The notes under the pieces are model-generated. The model had not been told where the DNA came from. It made no database searches and saw nothing but the letters and a program-made list of their open reading frames with translations. From positions 288,001 to 352,000 of the forward strand of contig CAWISW010000003.1 in the NCBI GenBank assembly GCA_963838925.1: a DNA stretch of 64,000 bases, given 5' to 3'. Made by a program: the position numbers and the translations under genes. Shown piece after piece: positions 1 to 7,387 of this stretch; the first letter of the stretch is position 1; each line of letters begins with the position of its first letter. Source of the stretch: an uncultured Nitrososphaerota archaeon. GTDB lineage: Archaea; Thermoproteota; Nitrososphaeria; Nitrososphaerales; Gagatemarchaeaceae.

Positions 1-2
1 TT

Positions 3-464
3 ATCGGAATCATCGTGGGGGCAGGGCTGACGTATCTCGTGACATCGACTGGTGGTATCGCAAGAGCAACGATGACAAGTATTGAGGTGTCAACTGTGAC
101 CAATTCAACCTCAGTGACTATCTCCGCCAGCTATGCGGTGAATCTCACGGGGTGTAGCATAAGCAACAAGACCTGCACCTTCCTAGTCTCAGATGTCCCG
201 CAGCCCGGGGATCACGATATCACCTTGGCTCAAGGTAACCAATGTCTATGGTTGAACTTTGCGAGCACCTTCGTGTCAGCCTCTGGCTGTGTCGTCTCGC
301 CTTCACAGATTCTTTCACAGGGAAGTTCAGCGACCATAAAAGCGACCTTCCTAGACTGGGGAACACCGTCTCCGACTGTTGGAGAGAGCGTCAAGGGCTG
401 CATCACAGAGAAGTACGCTGGCAGTGTCGGTTGCCTCCCATTCTTGGGGTCTTTCACACCTTGA
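3..464 (+). CDS. Membrane-anchored/secreted Cys-containing hypothetical protein, 5' truncated by window edge
   Basis: Frame is open to the window start (IGIIVGAGLTYLV hydrophobic segment), followed by a Ser/Thr-rich beta-type domain. Confidence 0.6.
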   Translation: MGIIVGAGLTYLVTSTGGIARATMTSIEVSTVTNSTSVTISASYAVNLTGCSISNKTCTFLVSDVPQPGDHDITLAQGNQCLWLNFASTFVSASGCVVSPSQILSQGSSATIKATFLDWGTPSPTVGESVKGCITEKYAGSVGCLPFLGSFTP

Positions 465-560
465 TGCAAACGTCTGAAGCTCGACAAGCAAAAAGGTAAC
501 GATGGCCATTAAGTGACGTACTAGTATTAACTGAGAGCGTTCCATGAGCCACGCGGCCTA

Positions 561-1247
561 TTGAAAGTCGGGGTTCTCTTCTCCGGGGGAAAGGACAGTG
601 CCTATGCCGCGTATCTAAGCAGGAAGAACGGCGACGAGCTGGCATGCCTGATCACCCTCTCTCCCGCGAGGTCCGACTCCTACATGTTCCACTACCCGAA
701 CATCAAGTGGACCGCCCTGCAGGCAGAGGCGATGCGCCTTCCCCAGGTCCTAATCGAGACGAAGGGGGTGAAGGAGGAGGAACTCGCCGACCTGAGCAAG
801 GCGATCATGACGGCGAGGCGACGCTATTCCATCGAAGGAGTCTACACGGGGGCGCTGGCCAGCGTCTATCAAAAGGAGAGGGTGGAGAGGATTTGCGACC
901 AGCTCGACGTCAAGGCGGTGTCGCCTTTGTGGCACATCGACCAAGTCGCCCACCTGAGAAACATAGTCGCAGGCGGCTTCAAGGTGATTATGACGGGCGT
1001 TGCAGCGCTCGGGCTCGACGAGAGCTGGCTGGGAAGACCCCTTGACGAAAAGGCCGTCGACGACCTCGCAGCGCTCAACGTGAAGTATGGGATCAACCCC
1101 GGACTGGAAGGAGGGGAGGGCGAGACGTTCGTCCTCGACTGTCCGCTCTTCGACCGCCGCGTCGAGGTCGTGGCGTCGAGCAAGCACTGGGAGGGAGACC
1201 GTGGATACCTGGAGATTCTCCACGCCCGTCTCGTCCCGAAGAATTAG
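561..1247 (+). CDS. dph6: Diphthine--ammonia ligase (Dph6 family, PP-loop ATPase)
   Basis: LFSGGKDS PP-loop, SYMFH and EGGEGETFVLD motifs; TTG start. Confidence 0.9.
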   Translation: MKVGVLFSGGKDSAYAAYLSRKNGDELACLITLSPARSDSYMFHYPNIKWTALQAEAMRLPQVLIETKGVKEEELADLSKAIMTARRRYSIEGVYTGALASVYQKERVERICDQLDVKAVSPLWHIDQVAHLRNIVAGGFKVIMTGVAALGLDESWLGRPLDEKAVDDLAALNVKYGINPGLEGGEGETFVLDCPLFDRRVEVVASSKHWEGDRGYLEILHARLVPKN

Positions 1248-1265
1248 GTCTCAGCGCTATTCGAG

Positions 1266-1342
1266 ACTAGCCCTATCGGTATTGGATCTCGTCAATGGAC
1301 TTCCCTCAGACGGCTCTTCCGTTGACCTCATCTAGAGCTAGT
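1266..1342 (-). ncRNA. Box C/D methylation guide sRNA
   Basis: 10-bp terminal stem ACTAGCTCTA/TAGGGCTAGT; K-turn GAT-GA-GG...CC-GA; D' box CTGA preceded by GGAAGAGCCG (complement of conserved 23S CGGCUCUUCC); C' TGACGA; TTATTAAT TATA box about 29 nt upstream. Confidence 0.8.
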
Positions 1343-1392
1343 AGATGTTCGGCGATGTCTGGGATTAATAACGATATGACCGGTTCTTACGG

Positions 1393-1794
1393 CTAGCTGG
1401 TGCCCTTGACGCGCATGACCTTGCTCCGACCCATGACCACCCACACCTCTACTTCAGCGCCAGGCTGGAGCTTCCCCTGGAACTCGGGCTCGGTCGGCGT
1501 CGCGGTCTCCGTGACCTCGAAGGACTGCAGGTCCATCAGCTGGACCGTCGACTGCGTGGCGGAGATGACCTGGGCCGCCCTCTTGTCTATCATGGGCACC
1601 TCGATGTGGGTGTCCACCGTCCCTATCACCGTCTTCTTCGATCCAGTGAATATGGCGATACCCGTGAGCCTCACCTTGGCGCTTCCGTGCTTCCCCGGTT
1701 TGCTCTTCTCTACCTCGACCACCTTGCAAGGCTCGTTTTCGATGACGATGTAGCTGCCTTCCTTCAAACTGCCGAGGTCTGCTGGTCTGCTCAA
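1393..1794 (-). CDS. eif5a: Translation factor aIF-5A
   Basis: SKPGKHGSAK hypusine motif; TTG start. Confidence 0.97.
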   Translation of the reverse strand: MSRPADLGSLKEGSYIVIENEPCKVVEVEKSKPGKHGSAKVRLTGIAIFTGSKKTVIGTVDTHIEVPMIDKRAAQVISATQSTVQLMDLQSFEVTETATPTEPEFQGKLQPGAEVEVWVVMGRSKVMRVKGTS

Positions 1795-1940
1795 GCGCTC
1801 CCACGACTTTTCGGGACTCGGTAATTAAGCCTTGAACCCAAAGCCAAGGCCAAATGGCTCCCGCGCGCCTCTTTTGGGCGGTGAACTGCCGCTCTCAGGG
1901 ATAGACGACGGCACCGCATATTATTTATTAAACGAGCATT

Positions 1941-2060
1941 GAGGGTAGGAAGCGTTTGCAAGGGTGCAGGGAAGTTCTACCCGGGAGAACGGCCGCGCCG
2001 ACTCGGCTCGACCGGACGATGCAGGTGCTATCCTAGCCTGTTCTGACTAAGACAGTGAAA
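1941..2060 (+). ncRNA. Unclassified structured RNA candidate or long nob1 leader
   Basis: Several hairpins (GGGTAGGA/TTCTACCC enclosing a GCAA-tetraloop stem; GCCG/CGGC; GCAGG/CCTGT) downstream of the AT-rich TATA at 1921-1932; no credible ORF. Confidence 0.35.
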
Positions 2061-2068
2061 GCCAGTTT

Positions 2069-2569
2069 TTGAACGAAAAGATTCACGTGCTCGACTCGAC
2101 CGCATTTTACGCCGGAATCCCCTTCCAGGGAGAAGGCAAGTACTTCACGACGTACCAAGTCCTTGACGAGGTCAGGGGCAGGGGCATCGGTGCCCAGCTG
2201 ATCCACTCGCGCGTCCAGGTCACGGAGCCGTCGAAGGAGTCCGTGAAGAAGGTCAAGGAGGCTTCCCAAAAGACGGGAGACCAGAAGTCGCTCTCCGAGG
2301 CCGACACCTCGATTCTCGCGGTCACCCTCGACCTCATAAGCTCCAAGCGCGACCAAGAGGTCGTCCTGGTGACGGACGACTTTGCGGTTCGAAACGTGGC
2401 CGAGGTCATCGGGATCAACCTCTCAGAGACGGCGATACGTGGCGAGTGGAAGAGGATTACCTGGGTGACCTACTGCAAGGGGTGCGGCAAGGAGTACGTG
2501 GACTCCAAGGCGTCGGTCTGCGGCGTCTGCGGGACGAAGTTGTCCAGGAAGCCCAGGGCCGCCAACTGA
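2069..2569 (+). CDS. nob1: Nob1 PIN-domain rRNA-processing endonuclease with Zn ribbon
   Basis: VLDSTAF, LSEAD, VTDDFAVRNVA PIN motifs; CKGC...CGVCG. Confidence 0.92.
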   Translation: MNEKIHVLDSTAFYAGIPFQGEGKYFTTYQVLDEVRGRGIGAQLIHSRVQVTEPSKESVKKVKEASQKTGDQKSLSEADTSILAVTLDLISSKRDQEVVLVTDDFAVRNVAEVIGINLSETAIRGEWKRITWVTYCKGCGKEYVDSKASVCGVCGTKLSRKPRAAN

Positions 2570-2626
2570 CGAGCGCCGAGCAAGAATTTTCTTTTAATAA
2601 AGGGAGATTTTCTGGCCGAATCTGTT

Positions 2627-2728
2627 GGGCTGGTAGTTCAGTGGTAGAATGCCTGCCTCGCACGCAGGAGAGAGCGCCGGCAAGGCAGCTCCCTGAAGCC
2701 GAGGGTTCAAGTCCCTCCCAGTCCACCA
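2627..2728 (+). tRNA. tRNA-Ala(CGC) with 27-nt non-canonical intron at 45/46 (2671-2697); CCA encoded
   Basis: Cloverleaf GGGCTGG/CCAGTCC with G3:U70; anticodon CGC at 2659-2661; BHB-type motif CAGG-AGA/CCTG-AAG; TATA upstream. Confidence 0.93.
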
Positions 2729-2752
2729 ATACTCTTCTCTGAAAGCGAAAGG

Positions 2753-3529
2753 TCAGCGCAGCTTGCAGATTTCAGGCATCTTTCTCTTGTGCTCGGAGGC
2801 CTCGTACTTTGCGAGTATGGCATCCAGCTTCGCCTGGCTCAGCTTCAATTTTGCCGCGATTGCGGGCACCTCGAGCCCCTCCTCGAACCTGAGCTTGAAC
2901 AGCCGGTCGATGGTCTCGTAGCTCATCCCAATCTCCGCCTCCGCTATGTGCCCGGGCCACAGCCTCGGGCTGCTCTGCTTCGCGATTATCCTTCGGTTGA
3001 TTCCGAGCGCCTCCCCCAGGCTCCTGACCTCCGTCTTGTAGAGGTCCGCTATAGGGAGTATGTCGACGCCCCCGTCTCCGTACTTTGTGAAGTATCCTAG
3101 GAGCAGCTCCGAGCGGTCCCCCGTCCCGACCACCAGCCTGTTCATGACGTTGGCGTGGTAATAGAGCATCGACATTCTGATTCGCGCCCTGAGGTTGCCC
3201 TCGGCGAGCCTGTTCGGCTCTAGCGCCTTCAGGTACGCCTTGTGGATGGGAGCGATGTCGATGTCCTTGGTCTCTATGCAGAGCTCGCTCGCCACCAGCT
3301 TCGCGTCCTTGACGTCCGCCTCTGGCGTCGCCCTGAGATCCGGCATAATCAGCCCCACGACTCGGCGGCTGCCGAGAGCCTCGACGCTCAGGTAGGCGGT
3401 CACTGCAGAGTCTATTCCGCCGCTCAGGCCGATGACCGCGCCTTCTGCCTGGCTATCCTCGACTTTCCGTTTGATGAAGGAGACGATCCTGCGCTTCACA
3501 GAGGACAGGTCGAGCTCAGATGCTAACAA
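2753..3529 (-). CDS. nadE: NH3-dependent NAD+ synthetase
   Basis: GLSGGIDS, GNLRARIRM, GYFTKYGDGG motifs; start moved to TTG 3529 to avoid overlap with pncB. Confidence 0.95.
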   Translation of the reverse strand: MLASELDLSSVKRRIVSFIKRKVEDSQAEGAVIGLSGGIDSAVTAYLSVEALGSRRVVGLIMPDLRATPEADVKDAKLVASELCIETKDIDIAPIHKAYLKALEPNRLAEGNLRARIRMSMLYYHANVMNRLVVGTGDRSELLLGYFTKYGDGGVDILPIADLYKTEVRSLGEALGINRRIIAKQSSPRLWPGHIAEAEIGMSYETIDRLFKLRFEEGLEVPAIAAKLKLSQAKLDAILAKYEASEHKRKMPEICKLR

Positions 3530-3591
3530 GATGCCGTTCGGGGCCTGACGAAGTTGAAATAGTTTTTCTATGGGCCGGTAGCACGCGGGAC

Positions 3592-4812
3592 ATGGGGAAA
3601 AGGGACCTCCGCGACCGGCTGTTCTGGCTGGCGAACGAGAGGGAGATAAAGAGCGCAAAGACCACCGACATCTACTTCCTCAATACGAAAGAGGTCCTGA
3701 CGAAGCACCACATCGACACCGAGGTGGTCATGGAGGTCTACGCGCGCGACCTCCCCGAGAACACGACGTGGGGCGTGCTGAGCGGGGTGTACGAGGTCGC
3801 CAAGCTCCTTGAGGGCCTGCCGGTCGACGTCTGGGCGTTCGACGAGGGCTCGATATTCGTGGCCGATGGGAGGGGAGCGCTCTACGAGCCAGTGATGACG
3901 ATTTCTGGAAGGTACAGGGACTTCGTCGAGTACGAGAACCCAGTGCTGGGCCTCCTCTCCTCCTCGACGAGCATCTCTAGCAAGGCCGCGAGGTTCAGGG
4001 TCGCAGCCGGGGACAGGCAAATGGTCAGCTTCGGGACGAGGAGGGTCCACCCGGCCCTGGCACCCCTCATCGAGAGGGGATGCTACATGGCTGGCTTCGA
4101 CGGAGTGTCCAACGTGCTGGGCGGGAAGCTGCTGGGGGTCGAGCCCTCGGGGACGATGCCCCACGCGCTCGTCCAGGTCATAGGAGACCAAGAGAGGGCG
4201 TGGAGGCTCTACGACGAGACCATGCCGAAGGCCGTCAAGCGGACGGCGCTGATCGACACCTTCTGGGACGAGAAGACCGAGGCAATCAAGGCCTTCGAGA
4301 CGCTCGGCAAGAGCTTGTGGGGGGTGAGGCTGGACACGCCCGCCTCGAGGAGGGGGAACTTCAGGCAGATCATCGAGGAGGTCAAGTGGGAGCTCAAGAT
4401 CAGGGGCGGAGGCGCGGTCAAGATATTCGTGTCAGGCAGGCTGAACGAGGAGGACGTGGTCCATCTCAGGGACATCGTGGACGGCTTCGGGGTGGGGACG
4501 GCCGTCGCGTATCCGCCGAGCATCGACTTCAGCGCGAAGATAGTGGAGGTGCGAGAGAAGGGAAAGACCCACCTCAGGGCGAAGAGGGGCGGTCTCGGGG
4601 GGAGGAAGGAGGTGCACAGGTCCAAGGGGTTCAGGGACACGGTCGCCCTCAACGGCTCGCCCGCGCCAAGAGGGTCGAAGCGGATGTTGAAGCAGATCAT
4701 CCAGAAGGGCAAGCTGGTGGCTGACTTTGAGAGCATCGACTCGATACGCGACAGGGTCATGAGGGAGCTGCACGAGGTCACTGAGGCTGAGCCTGCCCTC
4801 GTCTGGGGCTAG
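3592..4812 (+). CDS. pncB: Nicotinate phosphoribosyltransferase
   Basis: TDIYF, SFGTRRVHP, GTMPHA, GVRLDT, GFGVGT motifs; divergent from nadE. Confidence 0.92.
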   Translation: MGKRDLRDRLFWLANEREIKSAKTTDIYFLNTKEVLTKHHIDTEVVMEVYARDLPENTTWGVLSGVYEVAKLLEGLPVDVWAFDEGSIFVADGRGALYEPVMTISGRYRDFVEYENPVLGLLSSSTSISSKAARFRVAAGDRQMVSFGTRRVHPALAPLIERGCYMAGFDGVSNVLGGKLLGVEPSGTMPHALVQVIGDQERAWRLYDETMPKAVKRTALIDTFWDEKTEAIKAFETLGKSLWGVRLDTPASRRGNFRQIIEEVKWELKIRGGGAVKIFVSGRLNEEDVVHLRDIVDGFGVGTAVAYPPSIDFSAKIVEVREKGKTHLRAKRGGLGGRKEVHRSKGFRDTVALNGSPAPRGSKRMLKQIIQKGKLVADFESIDSIRDRVMRELHEVTEAEPALVWG

Positions 4813-4840
4813 TCCCTAGAACGCAGTTGGGAGTTGGTTC

Positions 4841-4925
4841 GACGCGTGGCAGTTTCGTCTTCATCCTGACTTGCGTCAGTCGAGGTTGCCCGTCGAAGCA
4901 CGCCACGCGTCTTGTCCTGACGGGC
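4841..4925. ncRNA. Structured intergenic element (pseudoknot or K-turn RNA candidate)
   Basis: 10-bp stem 4841-4850/4902-4911; crossing 7-bp stem 4888-4894/4919-4925; 5-bp hairpin 4866-4879 (GCAA loop on minus strand). Confidence 0.45.
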
Positions 4926-5018
4926 CAGCATAGGATATTATCTCTTCTGGAGGAGGAGGCCATGTCCGACCCTGAAATCGTTAATTAGCTCTCCCGGTCA
5001 GTTTTCCTAGGGACCAAC

Positions 5019-5492
5019 TTGCTGGAAGACGACCCGGAGGAGCAGCAGACGCAGCAGCAGGAGCAGCCGCTCACCTGGCAGCAGGCCCTCGCGAACGACC
5101 CTGAGTACTACATGAACAACAAGCAGGGCCAGGAGGAGCTCGCGCAGATGATCCGAAAGGAGTCCGAGAGGCTCCTCGAGGAGATCGGCAAGTCTGTGAA
5201 GCACCAGAAGGACATCATCTGGCTCTCGAAGTGGTGCCTCTCCTGCAAGTTCCACAACGACCACGGAACGAAAGACATGTGCAACAAGTGGAACGCCCGG
5301 ATTGTGAAGCCGTTCTACGGCAGGCCGATTTGGGAGAAGCTGGAGATAAGGGGGAAGGACGAGAAGGAGCTGGTCGTCGCCGACATCGACTGGGACAGGA
5401 AGTGGAGGGAGATATCGGACAAGCTTGTCGAGTGGGCTGTCGAGAAGGTCAACGGCGGCTATCCCTACTTCTGCTATTCCAACCGCGAGTAG
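5019..5492 (+). CDS. Hypothetical protein, Gln-rich N-terminus, Cys cluster
   Basis: Host-like codon usage; CLSC...C...C; TATA-like TTAATTA upstream. Confidence 0.75.
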   Translation: MLEDDPEEQQTQQQEQPLTWQQALANDPEYYMNNKQGQEELAQMIRKESERLLEEIGKSVKHQKDIIWLSKWCLSCKFHNDHGTKDMCNKWNARIVKPFYGRPIWEKLEIRGKDEKELVVADIDWDRKWREISDKLVEWAVEKVNGGYPYFCYSNRE

Positions 5493-5576
5493 CCGCCCGG
5501 GACTCACCTCAACCGACCCATGACGAAAACGGACGGGTCACTCTTTATATTCTCTCGGAGGTTCGCCCGAACGTTT

Positions 5577-5695
5577 GGCCGCGGTGGTGTAGGCACTCCT
5601 AAGAAGAGTGGCGCATCTTGGTTAACATGGGAGGCTGTGGATTGCCAAATGAAGCAGACACCTCTTGATCGGGGGTTCGAGTCCCCCCCGCGGCC
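5577..5695 (+). tRNA. tRNA-His(GTG) with encoded G-1 and two introns (15/16: 5593-5616; 37/38: 5641-5659)
   Basis: GCCGCGG/CCGCGGC acceptor, C73; both inserts form BHB-type motifs; CTTTATAT promoter. Confidence 0.92.
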
Positions 5696-5776
5696 CCTCA
5701 TCATCCATCATCTGAATAGTCCAAGATCCGCCGCGCAAAGGATTATAGCGCAGATGCCCAGTCCGACGAGTCTCTC

Positions 5777-6247
5777 ATGATTTGCCAACGATGCGGGAGG
5801 TCGGTAGACGACAGCGCGGCGTTCTGCCCCTACTGCGGAAACAACCTGAAGCAGCAGACGAGCACCACCGGCGGCGTCACCGGCTCGAGCCAGCCCATCC
5901 TCCTCATCACCGCGAACTACGCGGCCGGGTACAAGGTGGACAAGGTCCTGGGGATGGTCTACGGGATTACGGTTAGGTCGCGGGGTATAGGAGGAAACAT
6001 CGTCGCAGGCCTTAGGACAATCGCCGGCGGAGAGATCAGGGAGTACACTCAGCTCGCCCAAGTGGCGAGACAGGAAGCGCTCGACAGGCTTTCAGAGCAC
6101 GCGAAGAGCATGGGCGCCAACGCAGTGCTGAGCGTGATGTTCGACTCGACCGAGATGGCCCAGAGCATGGAGGAGATAATCGCGTTTGGGACCGCGGTCG
6201 TCGTGTCGCCCGCTTCTGGCGACCAGCAGCTAGTGAAGCTCAGCTAG
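5777..6247 (+). CDS. YbjQ/UPF0145 family protein with N-terminal Zn ribbon
   Basis: CQRC...CPYC; GGEIREYT...GANAV...AFGTAV signature. Confidence 0.9.
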   Translation: MICQRCGRSVDDSAAFCPYCGNNLKQQTSTTGGVTGSSQPILLITANYAAGYKVDKVLGMVYGITVRSRGIGGNIVAGLRTIAGGEIREYTQLAQVARQEALDRLSEHAKSMGANAVLSVMFDSTEMAQSMEEIIAFGTAVVVSPASGDQQLVKLS

Positions 6248-6468
6248 CCCTTCTGCTTCCACGCCTTCGCCTTCTCGCAGAAGGCGTCGGCCTCGTCCTG
6301 CGCCCTGGGGCAGTGCGCATAGTGGGTGATTATTTCTCGGAGGGCTTCCTCGACGGGCGTGGGCGCGCCGGGGCAGAGCGCGTCGAGCTGCGACCGGATT
6401 TCTGCGAGGGGCTGCCAGATATCGACTGGTATGACGACTGTCACTCCTGCTGACTTGCTAGATTTCAT
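6244..6468 (-). CDS. Small hypothetical protein (74 aa), possibly ribbon-helix-helix-like
   Basis: ATG at 6468; fills the intergenic gap; beta-alpha-alpha pattern (VTVVIP...). Confidence 0.55.
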   Translation of the reverse strand: MKSSKSAGVTVVIPVDIWQPLAEIRSQLDALCPGAPTPVEEALREIITHYAHCPRAQDEADAFCEKAKAWKQKG

Positions 6469-6570
6469 GCTGAACGTGAAGTGCAGCCGCTCAGCCCAAT
6501 ATCTGGCTTTCGCACCGGCTTGTGCCGGGCGCACCGGCTCCACGCTTATTAGAGGACGAACGAAACTCGG

Positions 6571-7377
6571 TTGGCCTTGCCGGAGACCGAGAGGGTGAGG
6601 ATAGGCTGCAGCGGCTGGTCCTACAAGGACTGGGTCGGGCCTTTCTACCCAGCCGGCACCGAGGCCAAGGACTTCCTCAAGCTCTACTCCAAGACGTTCA
6701 ACTGCGTCGAGATTGACTCGAGCTTCTACAGAATCCCGTCGCCGGCGATGGTGAGCCACTGGAAGAGCGCGACGCCCGACGGGTTCACCTTCTCTCCGAA
6801 GCTCTCGAAGAAGATCACCCACGAGAACAAGCTCGAGAACTACGAGTCGACGCTCTTGTACTTCTACAGCGTAATGAGCAAGTTGGGGAGCAAACTTGGG
6901 CCAATAGTCGTCCAATTGCCGCCCTCGGTCAAAGTGGAGAAGCACAAGGCGGCGATGGAGAAGTTCGTCTCTTCCCTGGAGCCCAAGTTCAGGCACGCCA
7001 TCGAGTTCCGCCACAAGTCGTGGTTCACTCCGGAGACGTACAAGCTCCTCGAGGAGAACAATGTCGCGATGGCCTGGTCAATCAACCAGTATCTCGAGAC
7101 CCCACAGGAGGTGACTGCGGATTTTGTCTACCTCAGGATGGTGGGCACGCGCGAGATCACGAAGTTCACGGGCATCCAGAAGGAGATGAGAGAGGAGATG
7201 GAGCGCTGGGCAGCCGCCCTCAAGGAACAGAGAAAATCCATTCATGAGAGTTTTGTCTTCTTCAACAACCACTTCGCGGGATTCGGGCCGGAGTCCGTGA
7301 ACGAGTTCAGGAGGCTCCTTGGGATGATTGAACTCAACTGGAGCGATAGCCAGGGGTCGATGCAAGCCACACTGTAG
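6571..7377 (+). CDS. DUF72/YecE family TIM-barrel protein
   Basis: IGCSGWSYKDW, VEIDSSFY, QLPPS, EFRHKSW, FFNNH. Confidence 0.93.
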   Translation: MALPETERVRIGCSGWSYKDWVGPFYPAGTEAKDFLKLYSKTFNCVEIDSSFYRIPSPAMVSHWKSATPDGFTFSPKLSKKITHENKLENYESTLLYFYSVMSKLGSKLGPIVVQLPPSVKVEKHKAAMEKFVSSLEPKFRHAIEFRHKSWFTPETYKLLEENNVAMAWSINQYLETPQEVTADFVYLRMVGTREITKFTGIQKEMREEMERWAAALKEQRKSIHESFVFFNNHFAGFGPESVNEFRRLLGMIELNWSDSQGSMQATL

Positions 7378-7387
7378 TGCTTCCCAG

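Noticed and set aside
1968-2066. Resemblance to cobalamin riboswitch (AGGGAA...GGCCGCGCC...AAGCCAG), RNase P or SRP RNA
   Set aside because: Lacks the T-loop GGUG.AA.UCC, the full B12 box, the RNase P P4 3' strand and SRP helix 8; kept only as an unclassified RNA candidate
4841-4925. Hammerhead or HDV ribozyme reading (GATGA...GAAA; nested pseudoknot)
   Set aside because: No CUGANGA core in the right stem context, and no P3/L3/P1.1
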